Shown in pieces: positions 36,540 through 46,549 of a stretch of DNA of 64,000 nucleotides; the first letter of the stretch is position 1, and the number at the start of each line of letters is the position of its first letter. The translations under genes and the position numbers were made by a program. This stretch comes from Candidatus Limiplasma sp. GTDB taxonomy: Bacteria > Bacillota > Clostridia > Christensenellales > Aristaeellaceae. Location of the stretch: contig DAOPIR010000001.1 of assembly GCA_035399245.1 (NCBI GenBank), forward strand, positions 1,116-65,115, read 5' to 3'. The notes beneath the pieces are model-generated. The model did no database searches. It had not been told where the DNA came from and worked only from the letters and a program-made list of their open reading frames with translations.

Positions 36540-37502
36540 GTGATCCCCGTGCAAACAACCCAACCTGCCGTATTTGCCAAAACCGTACAGGATAATATCG
36601 CCCGCGTCATCGTGGGCAAGCGGGACGTGATCGAAAAGATGATGGCCGCGCTGATTGCCAAAGGGCATGTGCTTTTGGAGGATGTGCCGGGCACCGGCAA
36701 AACGGTGCTGTCCAAAAGCCTGGCAAAGTCGCTGAGCTGCCGCTTTGCGCGCATCCAATTCACGCCCGACCTGATGCCATCCGACATCACGGGCAACAGC
36801 GTATACCAGCCTTCCACGGGCGAGTTTGAGTTTAAGCCCGGCCCCGTGTTTACCAACATTCTGCTCGCCGATGAAATTAACCGTGCCACGCCGCGCACGC
36901 AGTCGGCGCTGTTGGAGTGCATGGAGGAGCGGCAGGTAACCGAAGGCGGCGTAACCCGCAAGCTGGAAGCCCCGTTCTTGGTCATCGCCACGCAAAACCC
37001 CGTGGAAATTCAGGGCACGTTTGCCCTGCCCGAGGCGCAGCTGGACCGCTTTTTAATGCGGCTTTCGATGGGCTATCCCGAAGGGGACGAGGCGCTGGCA
37101 ATCCTCAACCGCTTTATCCAAAACGATCCCATGACGGAGCTGGCCGCCGTTGCCACCGCTGCGGACTTGATCGCCGCGCAGGCCGCCTGCCCGAACGTGC
37201 AGGTGTCCGAGCCCGTGATGCGCTATATCGCCGCGCTGTGCGAGTTTACCCGCAAGCAGCCCAAGGTGCTGCTGGGCGTCAGCCCGCGCGGCATGCTGGC
37301 GCTGATGCGCGCCGCACAGGCGCTGGCGCTGATCCGCGGACGTGATTTTGTAACCCCGGACGACGTGAAAGCCCTTGCCGTGCCGGTGCTGGCGCACCGC
37401 GTGATCGTGCGCGGCGTGTACGGCAAAACCGACGCCGCCCAGGGCATTATCGCAGACGCGATGAAAACCGTACCGGTACCCACCGAGGATCCCGACGCAT
37501 GA
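36540..37502 (+). CDS. MoxR family AAA+ ATPase
   Basis: GHVLLEDVPGTGKT, ADEINRATPRTQSALLECMEERQVT and VIATQNP are MoxR hallmarks. GTG start. The extended -10 TGTTATAAT lies upstream. Confidence 0.85.
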   Translation: MIPVQTTQPAVFAKTVQDNIARVIVGKRDVIEKMMAALIAKGHVLLEDVPGTGKTVLSKSLAKSLSCRFARIQFTPDLMPSDITGNSVYQPSTGEFEFKPGPVFTNILLADEINRATPRTQSALLECMEERQVTEGGVTRKLEAPFLVIATQNPVEIQGTFALPEAQLDRFLMRLSMGYPEGDEALAILNRFIQNDPMTELAAVATAADLIAAQAACPNVQVSEPVMRYIAALCEFTRKQPKVLLGVSPRGMLALMRAAQALALIRGRDFVTPDDVKALAVPVLAHRVIVRGVYGKTDAAQGIIADAMKTVPVPTEDPDA

Positions 37503-38587
37503 GCATGTTCGTACTGCTGGTCGTGGTTGCCTTTCTGGTGCTGCTGCAAGGCTGGATCGTGGGCAAAACCGGACTGCGCAAGCTGACCTACGAACGCCGG
37601 TTTTCCGCCGCCGACGGCTACGAGGGCGATCAGGTGCAGATGATCGAGGTTATCCGCAACCGAAAACTGCTGCCCGTGCCGATGGTCAAGGCGGAAAGCC
37701 ATATTTCGCCGCACCTGCAATTTCATTCCGATAAGGAAGTGCACATTTCCGGCAAGCGCTACCATAAAAGCGTATTCTATTTAAAGCCGTTCCAGCAGAT
37801 TACCCGCACGCACGAGGTGCGGCTGCTCAAGCGCGGCTACTACAACGCGGGCTCGGTGTCGGTGCAGGCCAGCGACCTGTTCGGGCTGCACATGCCGCGC
37901 ATGCAGGTGGACACAGGCGCGGCCATCGAGGTGTATCCGCGCCTGCTCTCGCCCGATGAAATTCCGCTGCCCTCCACGCGCTGGCAGGGCGACCTGCTGG
38001 TGAAGCGCTGGATTATTCCCGATCCGATCTGGGTAAGCGGCATCCGCCCCTATACGTCGGGCGACGATCCCGGTGATATCCACTGGCGCGCCACGGCGCG
38101 CACCGGCGTTTTGCAGGTGAAGGTGCATGAAAAGACCGCCGATCCCAAAGCGCTGATCATCATCAACGCGCAGATGACCGAAAACCAATGGGGCGACCTG
38201 ATGGAGTACGAGCAGCAGGTGGTGGAGTACATGATCTCCGCGACCGCAACGCTGTGCATTACCTCGCTTCGCCAGGGCGTGGAGGCGGGCTTTGCCATCA
38301 ATGTGCCCGTGGATGAAGAAGAGGGATTTACGCTGCTGGCGCCCTCCCGATCCTCCACACGCGAAGGCGAAATCCTCTCCACCATGGCGCACCTCACGCT
38401 CAAGCGCACACAGACGATATTAAAGGTGCTCGACGACCTGCGCACCCTGACGGGCATGGATATGCTGCTGCTGTCGGTGTATGATTCCGAGCTGATCGAA
38501 CAGCGGCTGGACGCGCTGCGCGCCAGCGGGAACACCGTGTCCCTGCAGCTGATCGATCGGATCGGTGCACAGGAGGAGGCATCATGA
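37499..38587 (+). CDS. DUF58 domain protein (vWA-like partner of MoxR)
   Basis: N-terminal TM plus the DUF58 motif YTSGDDPGDIHWRATARTGVLQVKVHE. ATGA overlap with the MoxR gene. Confidence 0.85.
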   Translation: MSMFVLLVVVAFLVLLQGWIVGKTGLRKLTYERRFSAADGYEGDQVQMIEVIRNRKLLPVPMVKAESHISPHLQFHSDKEVHISGKRYHKSVFYLKPFQQITRTHEVRLLKRGYYNAGSVSVQASDLFGLHMPRMQVDTGAAIEVYPRLLSPDEIPLPSTRWQGDLLVKRWIIPDPIWVSGIRPYTSGDDPGDIHWRATARTGVLQVKVHEKTADPKALIIINAQMTENQWGDLMEYEQQVVEYMISATATLCITSLRQGVEAGFAINVPVDEEEGFTLLAPSRSSTREGEILSTMAHLTLKRTQTILKVLDDLRTLTGMDMLLLSVYDSELIEQRLDALRASGNTVSLQLIDRIGAQEEAS

Positions 38588-39831
38588 GCAAGCGTATCTT
38601 TCCCAAGGTCTGGGCCGCGTTTTTGATCTATCTGGCGACGCTGCCGCTGTTTTTGCTGCCTGCCGCCGCGCTGATCCCCGGCCATATCTGGATTGCCGGG
38701 CTGCTGCCCGTTCCCGCGCTGCTGCTTACGGCCTGGGCGGGACGGCGGACGGCCGCCAAGCGCGTGCCCACGCTGCTTTTCAGTATTTTGCTGATGGCGG
38801 CCGGCTGCACGGCGCTGTTTATCGGCATCCATCCGCTGGCCATCCTGCTGTTTCTGCCCTGCCTGTTTCTGATGCTGATTTTCATGCCCGCGATGGCGCG
38901 GCCCGCGCATCAGGAGTGGCCGGCCTCATACCTGGGCTTTGGCATCGTGGTGCATATTATCGCGCAGTTTGTCAAAAACATGGACGTGTTTGCCGGCGCT
39001 GCGTCCATTGTTACCTGGGCGTTTGCGGTGTACCTGATCGCGTGCCTGTTTGCTTTTAACCGCTCCGTGCTGATGGACAACAGCCCGTCCACGTCCAAGC
39101 CGCTGCTTTCGTTCAACCGCGGGCTGCTGGTAGGCTTCAGCCTGCTGGCTGTGCTGCTGGCCAACATCAAGGCCGTAGGCACCGCCATCCGCAGCGCGGT
39201 TTTATGGATTGTACAGGCGATCATCCGGTTTATCCTTTGGTTTTCCGCCCTGTTCGGCGGCGGCGAGGAAGTGATGCAGTCGGGCGAAACCGAATCCCAA
39301 TCCATGGAGCTGCTGGGCGAAACCTCGGAGCCAAGCCTGTTTGCCCGGATTATGGAGGTCGTGCTGGCGGTTATCGCCGTCGCGGCGGTTGCACTGCTGC
39401 TCTACTTCGTGGGCAAGCACCTGTATAAGCTGCTCAAAAAGCTGTATCACATCATCCTCAATCAGCTGCAGGCCTACCGCCAGAAGATCTCGGCCGACTA
39501 CAGCGACCAGAGCGAAAGCCTGCTGGACTGGAGCGAAATGCGAAAAACCGCCAGAGAGCGGATTGACCGCTTCCGGCGGCGTTATCTGCCTACCGCATGG
39601 GAAAAGCTGACTCCCGCGCAGCGCGTGCGGCGCGTGTACGCCATCCTGCTGCGCAAGCCCGAGGCTCCCGATCCCGCGCTGACCGCGCAGGAGATGCTCA
39701 AAAGCGGCGCCCTCAAGCTATCCGCCGATGACGCCGCCGCGCTGGCCGCGCTGTACGATCAGGCCCGCTACAGCGATCACCCGATCACCGACCGGCAGGC
39801 CAGCGAAGCGCGCAAGCGCACGGGCGTGTAA
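38584..39831 (+). CDS. Multi-TM protein with a C-terminal DUF4129-like domain
   Basis: About 7 TM helices, then ...LTPAQRVRRVYAILLRK...AAALAALYDQARYSDHP, the DUF4129 C-terminal pattern. ATGA overlap with the DUF58 gene. No transglutaminase Cys-His-Asp core seen. Confidence 0.65.
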   Translation: MSKRIFPKVWAAFLIYLATLPLFLLPAAALIPGHIWIAGLLPVPALLLTAWAGRRTAAKRVPTLLFSILLMAAGCTALFIGIHPLAILLFLPCLFLMLIFMPAMARPAHQEWPASYLGFGIVVHIIAQFVKNMDVFAGAASIVTWAFAVYLIACLFAFNRSVLMDNSPSTSKPLLSFNRGLLVGFSLLAVLLANIKAVGTAIRSAVLWIVQAIIRFILWFSALFGGGEEVMQSGETESQSMELLGETSEPSLFARIMEVVLAVIAVAAVALLLYFVGKHLYKLLKKLYHIILNQLQAYRQKISADYSDQSESLLDWSEMRKTARERIDRFRRRYLPTAWEKLTPAQRVRRVYAILLRKPEAPDPALTAQEMLKSGALKLSADDAAALAALYDQARYSDHPITDRQASEARKRTGV

Positions 39832-39864
39832 ACAAGTCCGGCGCGCCGCCCCCTATGCTTACTC

Positions 39865-39905
39865 CCGTCGCCAGCCGTGCACCGCGCGGTCGGCGGCGGT
39901 TTTTT
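39865..39905 (+). terminator. Intrinsic terminator after the MoxR operon
   Basis: 13-bp stem CCGTCGCCAGCCG/CGGTCGGCGGCGG with one mismatch and two wobble pairs, followed by TTTTTT. Confidence 0.6.
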
Positions 39906-39910
39906 GATTC

Positions 39911-40288
39911 CTACATATCGTCCAGCAGCTCGGCCTTTTTGGCAAGATACTCGGCCTCGGTAATCGCGCCGGATTGGTAGAGATCATAAAATCTCTGAAT
40001 ACTGTCGGCGGTTTCGTCGGCCTCGGCGGGCGGCGGGCCGTCCTCCAGATAATAGCCGTAGGCGGGTTCCAGCGTTCCGATGCAGATCCGGATAAAATCA
40101 ATCAGCGCCCAGATTCCGCATCCGCCGACCGTAATCAGCTTTACAATTCCAAGCCCCGTATATCCCAGATAAAAGCGATCCACGCCGAACACACCCAGAA
40201 ACAGCGACAGGAACATCGCAACAATCCTGCTTCTCTCGTTTTTCAACCCATACGCCTCCTTGTATGATTTCGGTTCAATGTTCGCCAT
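39911..40288 (-). CDS. TM2 domain plus SHOCT domain small membrane protein
   Basis: FLGVFGVDRFYLGYTGLGIVKL is the TM2 motif, and the C-terminal LYQSGAITEAEYLAKKAELL is the SHOCT motif. ATG 40288 follows AAGGGGA. Confidence 0.8.
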   Translation of the reverse strand: MANIEPKSYKEAYGLKNERSRIVAMFLSLFLGVFGVDRFYLGYTGLGIVKLITVGGCGIWALIDFIRICIGTLEPAYGYYLEDGPPPAEADETADSIQRFYDLYQSGAITEAEYLAKKAELLDDM

Positions 40289-40525
40289 CCTGCGCCGTTC
40301 CCCTTTTTTCAGCGTATGCCGTCCAGCCGGTGTGCGTTTTCGCGGAAAATCCCATGTATTCCTTGTTCTATAAGGGATACAGCCCTTCCACGCAGCAAAA
40401 CCCCTCCGTTTTCTCATCAAGGTCTAACGTGCTTTTAAGGCAATCCTGTGTTGTGCGGCGCGGCAACCCGTGCTATATTGAATACACACAGTGCATAAAC
40501 AGGAATACGGAAAGGGGCTATTGTG

Positions 40526-41011
40526 ATGAATATCGGAATTATCGTCTATTCCCAAACCGGCAACACACTGGCCGTTGCCCAGAGGATAAAGGACACCTGC
40601 ATTGCCGCCGGACATACCGCGGACGTGCAGCAGATTACAGTGGAAAACCCGCACGACAGCGGACATATGTCGCTGGTCAACGCCCCTTCCGCCGAAGGCT
40701 ACGACGCGTTGATCCTGGGCGCGCCCGTGCAGGCGTTTTCGCTTTGCCGCGCCATGACGCTGTATCTCCGGCAGCTGCCCAAGCTCAAGGGTGTGCCCGC
40801 CGGCTATTACATCACGCACGGCCTGCCCAAGCTGTGGATGGGCGGCAGCCGCGCGTATAAATCCCTGCGGTCCCTCTGCCTTAAGAAAGGCGCCGCGCCC
40901 GTGCAGTTGGGCGACGTATACTGGAAATCCGACCAGCGCGACGAGCTGATCGCCGGCGTCGTATCCGCCGCCGCCAAGTTTGCCGCAACCGCAACAGGGA
41001 CATCGAAATAA
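40526..41011 (+). CDS. Flavodoxin family protein
   Basis: MNIGIIVYSQTGNT FMN-phosphate loop and YDALILGAPV. RBS AAAGGGG. Confidence 0.75.
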   Translation: MNIGIIVYSQTGNTLAVAQRIKDTCIAAGHTADVQQITVENPHDSGHMSLVNAPSAEGYDALILGAPVQAFSLCRAMTLYLRQLPKLKGVPAGYYITHGLPKLWMGGSRAYKSLRSLCLKKGAAPVQLGDVYWKSDQRDELIAGVVSAAAKFAATATGTSK

Positions 41012-41046
41012 GTAAAGCTTACCAAAGCCGTGCCGCGATATAGCAA

Positions 41047-41086
41047 CACACGGGACTGCCGTAATCAGGCAGTCCCGTGTGTTTGT
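41047..41086. terminator. Strong hairpin between convergent genes (bidirectional terminator)
   Basis: CACACGGGACTGCC-gtaatca-GGCAGTCCCGTGTG forms a 14-bp perfect stem, then TTTGT. Confidence 0.8.
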
Positions 41087-41098
41087 ATGCAATCCGCG

Positions 41099-42004
41099 TT
41101 ATTGCTTCTGTGGTTTCTGCGCACCGTCGTCCGGCGAAATTTCCTTCCTTATTCCCGCCGCCCATGCCGCGGTGTTAAGCCGGCGCGCCGGCAGCAGCAC
41201 GAGGTATGAAATCGCCGTCAGCGCCATAAGCGCGGTCTGGTACCATTGCAGCTTGACGGGGAACACAGGCGCAACGCTGAGAAGGTTTGCAAGTACCAGG
41301 CCCAGCTCCTGATATGAAAACACGGCAAGCAGCAGCGCCAGGCCCAGCGTGGGCAGCCACAGCCGCAGGTTTTGTTTGCGCAGCGGTTTCATCCTGTCCG
41401 CCCCGGGCGCACCGGCGGTATAACCAAAGCGGTACAGGCTGGTTTGAAACGCGCCCCAGCCAAACAGCGCCAGGCAAATCAGCAGGATTACGATCAGCAT
41501 GGCGATCCCGCCCGGCACGCCCGCCGGCTGCACCAGCGCCTCGCCCGACAGCAGGCGGGTAACCGCGTTGGCCATCACGCCCATCGCGGTGGCAATGCCA
41601 CCGAAGACGCTTACAATCACATACAGCGCGCTGAACGCGTCCGTCAGCCATAGCAGCAGCAGCAAAAACACAAGCAGCACGCACAGCGGCAGCGCCCACC
41701 AGCGCATCAGGCGGATGCGGCCCTTGCAGGCATCCTGCCATGGCCGCTCATCCGGCGAGGCATTGCCCGCCAGCACAGCCGCCTGCCTGCCGTAGCGCAC
41801 GCGCGCGGGGCACACCAGCAGCACCCACAGTGCCGGCGTCAGCAGCGCCGTCAGCCGCAGCCACGGGCTGAACGGCTGAAAATAGGCAAAGCAAAACGGT
41901 GCCAGCGCAGCCAGCCGCACAAGCGCGGCTTTCAGCGTCAGACCAACCATGTTTCCATATCGCGGGGGAAGCCCGCCGGCCGTCTTACGCATAGCTATCT
42001 CCAA
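41099..42004 (-). CDS. Hypothetical polytopic membrane protein
   Basis: 301-aa ORF with about 7 hydrophobic helices. Overlaps the LCP gene stop by 10 nt. No recognisable motif. Confidence 0.6.
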   Translation of the reverse strand: MEIAMRKTAGGLPPRYGNMVGLTLKAALVRLAALAPFCFAYFQPFSPWLRLTALLTPALWVLLVCPARVRYGRQAAVLAGNASPDERPWQDACKGRIRLMRWWALPLCVLLVFLLLLLWLTDAFSALYVIVSVFGGIATAMGVMANAVTRLLSGEALVQPAGVPGGIAMLIVILLICLALFGWGAFQTSLYRFGYTAGAPGADRMKPLRKQNLRLWLPTLGLALLLAVFSYQELGLVLANLLSVAPVFPVKLQWYQTALMALTAISYLVLLPARRLNTAAWAAGIRKEISPDDGAQKPQKQ

Positions 42005-43314
42005 TCCAGCTGATACTGGTTGATATAGGGATCGTCATACCAGTAATCGGCGACATTGTTCCACTGGATGTCCTCGTCGTATCCCACGGCCTCCGCCAGC
42101 TGCTTGCCGTAGTTGCGCAGCTCCATGCGCGAGGTTTTCATCCGTCCGATCGCATAGCCGTCCAGCGTGTCCGCGGAGATTTGAAACTGATCCACCGCAT
42201 TCCAGTACGCATCGATAAACTGATCCCACAGCGCCTGCTGCTCCTGGGTAAAGGTGAGCCCCATGTCTTCGACCGTCTCCATCAGCTCGGTAGCCACACG
42301 GATGGTATGGATGGAATAAAAGCCCGTATCCATCAGCCATTTTGCGTGCGCGAAGCTGACATACGGCAGCTCATCCACCGCAATGCCATACACCGTTTGG
42401 ATCACCGACGCGCGGTTTTCCTGATCGGTAAAGGTGAAGTTATACCCCATAGCCGTGCGGTATTGCCCGTCCAGTGAGTAGGAGGCAAAGCTGTCATCAT
42501 CCATCTGCAGCAGGATCGGGGCCAGCGCTAAAAAGCCGATTGCCTGCCTGCCTGTGATATTGGTGAAAAATCCGGCGTCCGGATCGGTGAGCGCAGACAG
42601 CACCTTGACGGCGCTTTGCGGGTTTTGCGCAAGTTTTTCAAAGATCGCGGTCATCATGTCGCGCTGCCGGCGGGTGCGCCCCAGGTCGTTGCCGTCCACG
42701 GTGGCGTTGGTACGCGCGCGGACATAGTCCATAATGCCCGTGCCGTCCAGGTGCTGCCAGCCCTCCACGTACGTCCTGCCGCTGGAGCCGACATACTTCA
42801 TATCCATATAAAAGTCCACACCGCCCAGCGCATCGCCCAAGGTGGCCATCATGCTCATGTCCACGGCGCAGTAGCAGTCGATCCTGATGCCGCCCAGCAG
42901 CCACTCCGCCGCAGCCACCGTGCGGTCCAGCCCCGCTTCCAGCGTATCGCCACAGTTTACCGCGCCGTTGAGCTTATACACGCCGCGCACGCCCGGCACA
43001 ATGGTTACGCTGTCACGCGGCAGCGATATAAGGTCGACGCGGTTTTTGGTCAGGTTAATGGCGATCACCATCACGGCGTCGGTATGGCAATCCGTAATCT
43101 CTGTTTTATAGCCGCTGCCCCAGTGCCCTTCCGTGCCGAAATCGATGCCGATCAGCAGCACATTGACAATGGCGTCGGGATAGGTAACATACTCCACGCT
43201 GTCGCCGGGAAACAGGATAGGGTTTTCCGGCAATACTTGCTCCTGGGCCGCGGCCGCGCCTGCAAGCAGGCAAAGGATCAGCACAACCGGCAGGATTCGT
43301 TGAGCTAAACGCAT
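41995..43314 (-). CDS. LytR-CpsA-Psr (LCP) family protein with a C-terminal extension
   Basis: Signal/anchor sequence, then NVLLIGIDF...HTDAVMVIAINLTKNRVDLISLPRDS, the LCP core. Confidence 0.8.
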   Translation of the reverse strand: MRLAQRILPVVLILCLLAGAAAAQEQVLPENPILFPGDSVEYVTYPDAIVNVLLIGIDFGTEGHWGSGYKTEITDCHTDAVMVIAINLTKNRVDLISLPRDSVTIVPGVRGVYKLNGAVNCGDTLEAGLDRTVAAAEWLLGGIRIDCYCAVDMSMMATLGDALGGVDFYMDMKYVGSSGRTYVEGWQHLDGTGIMDYVRARTNATVDGNDLGRTRRQRDMMTAIFEKLAQNPQSAVKVLSALTDPDAGFFTNITGRQAIGFLALAPILLQMDDDSFASYSLDGQYRTAMGYNFTFTDQENRASVIQTVYGIAVDELPYVSFAHAKWLMDTGFYSIHTIRVATELMETVEDMGLTFTQEQQALWDQFIDAYWNAVDQFQISADTLDGYAIGRMKTSRMELRNYGKQLAEAVGYDEDIQWNNVADYWYDDPYINQYQLDWR

Positions 43315-43329
43315 ATGGATACTCCTTGG

Positions 43330-45285
43330 TTAATTTTCCGTGTCCGGATTATCCCGGGTATACTCACCCGGATAGGTCCTGACACGGTTGCGGCCCTGCT
43401 GCTTGGCCGCGTAGCATGCGATATCGGCATGCTTGATCAGCGTTTCGATGGAGGGCACATTTTCGCTGTTGATTGCCACGCCGATGGAGACCGTCCACGA
43501 AATCCGGCTGCCTTTATGGTCGATAGCGGTGGTTTCGAAGTGCCCGCGGATGCGCTCGGCAATCTGCTTTGCCACATCTAACTGTGTATACGGCAGCAGG
43601 ACGCAAAATTCCTCCCCGCCGTAGCGGCCCAAGATATCGCTGCGGCGGCTGCACTGGCGCAAGTGCATGGCAAACGCCTTGAGCGCGCGGTCGCCGACAT
43701 CGTGGCCGTAGGTGTCGTTGATGCGTTTGAAATCGTCAATGTCCAGCAGCAGCAACGCCAGCGGCGCATCGGTTTCCCGCGCCTTGCGAAACTCGCGCGC
43801 GGACTGGAACGTGAAGTAGCGCCGGTTGCTCAGCCCCGTCAGAAAATCGGTATTGGCGATTTCCTTGAGCTGTTCTTCCTTTTTCACCTTCTGGGTTGCG
43901 TCCCGATACACGCACACGAGCCCGTTGATATCCTCACGCTCGGTCAGCACGCGTGTATAGCGCTCCAGAATGACGCCGGATTTCAGGTAGCAATATTCCG
44001 TTTCGCTTTGCTGCCGGGAGGGATGCACATTTTCGGTCTCCATCAGGGTATAGTGGCTCAGGTTCAGGTCGCCGTAGGTTTGGTAGGTTCCGGTTTCGGG
44101 CAGCCCCCACAGCTTGAGCAGCTGCGCGTTGTAATGCAGAATATGATCGTTGCGGTCCAGCACCAGAATACCGTCGCTGGAGGACTCCAAAATGGCGTTT
44201 AGCTCCTCGGCTTTGCGGTTCATGGTGTGCTGCGTCAGCTTTTCCATGCTTTCGGCGATCTCCGAAAACTCGTGGTTGGGGTAGGGCTGCTCGGCCTCGG
44301 GAATGCTGGCGCCGCCCAGCAGCGCGGCCAGGCGCACCTTGAGCGACTTGACCGGCATGGCATACCGGTAATCAAATACCGTCATAAACAGGGCCGACAT
44401 CAGCACCGACATTACCACCAGCCCCAGCAGCACGTTGCGCACTACCTCGTACGCCGGCTGAATCGCGTCGCTGCGGCTGATGGAGGATACCAAAATAGAG
44501 TTCGTATTGGCCAGATACTGGGAGCAGGCAATCCTGCGTTCGTCATGGAACGTATATTCGACAAACTCATCGGTATTAAGCAGCATTTCCGACGCGGCAG
44601 CCAGGTTGTCAAGCATATTGGAGCCGATATAATCCCTGTTGGGATGATACAGGCAGATGCCGTCCTCATTCATCATGTAATTGATCTGTGTCGTATATTC
44701 GCTTTGCGCGATCGCGCTTTCAAACAGCTCTTCCACCGGAAAATCCACCGCAATCACCGCCGTGATCTCCCCGTCGTCGTTGGCCAGCGCCCTGGCCGTG
44801 CAAAAGCACCACTCCCCGGAGGTGTATTCCTGGTACGGCAGCGCGATCAGGGTTTGCGGATAGCACGCCACCGCCTCCCGGTACCATGGCCGCGCGGACG
44901 CATCGTAATCCTCGCCCATCACGTAATCGTTGATCAGCAGGCTGCCGTCGGCATAACCCACAAAAACGCTCAGCCGCTGCGGCGCGCTGTTGATGATATT
45001 GTCAAAGGTTTCCAGCGCCTTTGCCTGCTCCTGCGGGTCCTGCGAATCCAAGTTCAGCGTAAGTTCAAAAAAGTTGATGAGCTCGGCACAGCCGTCAAAC
45101 AGGGTATCCAGATAGATTTTCATCTGCATGTTGGAGTTATGGAGCTTTTGTTTCATCTCATTGAGCTTGCTGGCAAACAGCACATTGCCGAAAATCAGGA
45201 TAAACACAAGGGTAAAAATGAGCGTGTGGGTCAGGCTCAGCAAAAACACTTCCCGTTTCAGCGTCAGTTTACCCAGTCGTTTCAA
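43330..45285 (-). CDS. Sensor diguanylate cyclase (TM, Cache-like extracytoplasmic domain, TM, PAS, GGDEF)
   Basis: Two TM helices flank a domain of about 250 aa. PAS-like ILESSSDGILVLD. GGDEF domain with RYGGEEF and DDFKRINDTYGH. Confidence 0.85.
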   Translation of the reverse strand: MKRLGKLTLKREVFLLSLTHTLIFTLVFILIFGNVLFASKLNEMKQKLHNSNMQMKIYLDTLFDGCAELINFFELTLNLDSQDPQEQAKALETFDNIINSAPQRLSVFVGYADGSLLINDYVMGEDYDASARPWYREAVACYPQTLIALPYQEYTSGEWCFCTARALANDDGEITAVIAVDFPVEELFESAIAQSEYTTQINYMMNEDGICLYHPNRDYIGSNMLDNLAAASEMLLNTDEFVEYTFHDERRIACSQYLANTNSILVSSISRSDAIQPAYEVVRNVLLGLVVMSVLMSALFMTVFDYRYAMPVKSLKVRLAALLGGASIPEAEQPYPNHEFSEIAESMEKLTQHTMNRKAEELNAILESSSDGILVLDRNDHILHYNAQLLKLWGLPETGTYQTYGDLNLSHYTLMETENVHPSRQQSETEYCYLKSGVILERYTRVLTEREDINGLVCVYRDATQKVKKEEQLKEIANTDFLTGLSNRRYFTFQSAREFRKARETDAPLALLLLDIDDFKRINDTYGHDVGDRALKAFAMHLRQCSRRSDILGRYGGEEFCVLLPYTQLDVAKQIAERIRGHFETTAIDHKGSRISWTVSIGVAINSENVPSIETLIKHADIACYAAKQQGRNRVRTYPGEYTRDNPDTEN

Positions 45286-45451
45286 TGGAGAGGACCCCTC
45301 CCGTGCAAGTTATACAGAATGATCCGGCACCGCATCAGCCCTGAAAGCATCCGCATTGCCGACGGTTCCCGCCCCTGCTCAATTTTTAATCTGTCTTATT
45401 ATATACACAATCCTTATACTTTGTAAACACGTCAAACCTATTGATTGCCAT

Positions 45452-45498
45452 AAAAAAAGAGATTTCATTCCTCCCGATCGGCCATCCGGAATGAAATC
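45452..45498 (-). terminator. Intrinsic terminator after the GntR gene
   Basis: Minus strand reads GATTTCATTCC-loop-GGAATGAAATC (11-bp stem) followed by TCTTTTTTT. Confidence 0.8.
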
Positions 45499-45512
45499 CC
45501 CGCGGGGTGCCG

Positions 45513-45884
45513 CTACTCCGTAAAATGCTTTTGAATCGCTTTGATAATCTCTTCCTGTGAAAACCCCAATTCCCGATAATACCGAATGTCGCGGGCAAGG
45601 CTGCTGTCGAGGATATCGGCCTTGGCTTCCCGCAGCTGCTCCTCGCTCATGGCGGCGACCACGGTGCCGCGCCCCACGCGCGTAGCGATCAGGCCCATGC
45701 CTTCCAGCTGCTCCCACGCCTTTTTTACGGTGATCACGCTGATGCGAAGCTCCTTGGCGGCGGTGCGGATGGGCGGCAGCGGCGTGCCGGACGGCAGGTC
45801 GCCCCGGAGGATCTGCGCCTTGATCTGCTCGGTAATCTGCTGATAGATCGGCGTATCGGATGTATCGGAAATGATGATGTTCAT
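45513..45884 (-). CDS. GntR family (YtrA-like) transcriptional regulator
   Basis: 123 aa. PIYQQITEQIKAQILRGDLPSGTPLPPIRTAAKELRISVITVKKAWEQLE is the GntR winged HTH. Confidence 0.85.
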   Translation of the reverse strand: MNIIISDTSDTPIYQQITEQIKAQILRGDLPSGTPLPPIRTAAKELRISVITVKKAWEQLEGMGLIATRVGRGTVVAAMSEEQLREAKADILDSSLARDIRYYRELGFSQEEIIKAIQKHFTE

Positions 45885-46549
45885 AGATCAACCGTCTCAA
45901 ATCTTGCCGCGGACACGCGGTAGGCGGCGATGTTCAGCCCCGCAAATACGGCAATGCCCGCAGCAAGCGTGATAACATGCGCCGCGGTGGTGTGCATGCC
46001 GTCGAATAGATCCGCTACGGCGGGGAGGTAAATCACGCCCAGCTCCACCGCGGCGGCAAAGGCCACGGAGACAACGGTGGCAAGGATAGCTGGCATGGCA
46101 ATCTTGTACGCCGTTTGGTAAAACATCGGCAGCAGCACGATGTTGAACAGCCCGAACATCACGAACGAAAGCCCCAGAAACGCGAGGTTGCCGTCCAGAA
46201 AGATGTAATTCGGCGTGGTCATCACGGTGAGCTTGAGCACCACGCAGACGGCGGCCACCACGATCTGCAGTACCTCCAGCACAACCAGCGAAACAAGGCG
46301 CGCCTTGACCACATCGCGGCGCAGCACGGGCAGCGTGGCGGTGAAGTAAACCTCCTTGTAGGTCTTGGACAGGGTAAAGAGGTTTGGCGCGCTCATGAAG
46401 CAGAAGTACAATAGCGCGATAAAGTACAGCCATTGCGGGATGAGAATCAGCGCCGAAAACAGCGCCACACAGTAAAACAGGGGATTGACTACCAGCTTGA
46501 ATTCTTTATACAGCAGCGCTTTCATGCGTTTGTTCTCCTTTGCGTTCAT
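45881..46549 (-). CDS. ABC-2 transporter permease (YtrA-operon type)
   Basis: Six hydrophobic helices. MKALLYKEFKLV (ATG 46525) is an alternative, possibly truer, start. Confidence 0.7.
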   Translation of the reverse strand: MNAKENKRMKALLYKEFKLVVNPLFYCVALFSALILIPQWLYFIALLYFCFMSAPNLFTLSKTYKEVYFTATLPVLRRDVVKARLVSLVVLEVLQIVVAAVCVVLKLTVMTTPNYIFLDGNLAFLGLSFVMFGLFNIVLLPMFYQTAYKIAMPAILATVVSVAFAAAVELGVIYLPAVADLFDGMHTTAAHVITLAAGIAVFAGLNIAAYRVSAARFETVDL

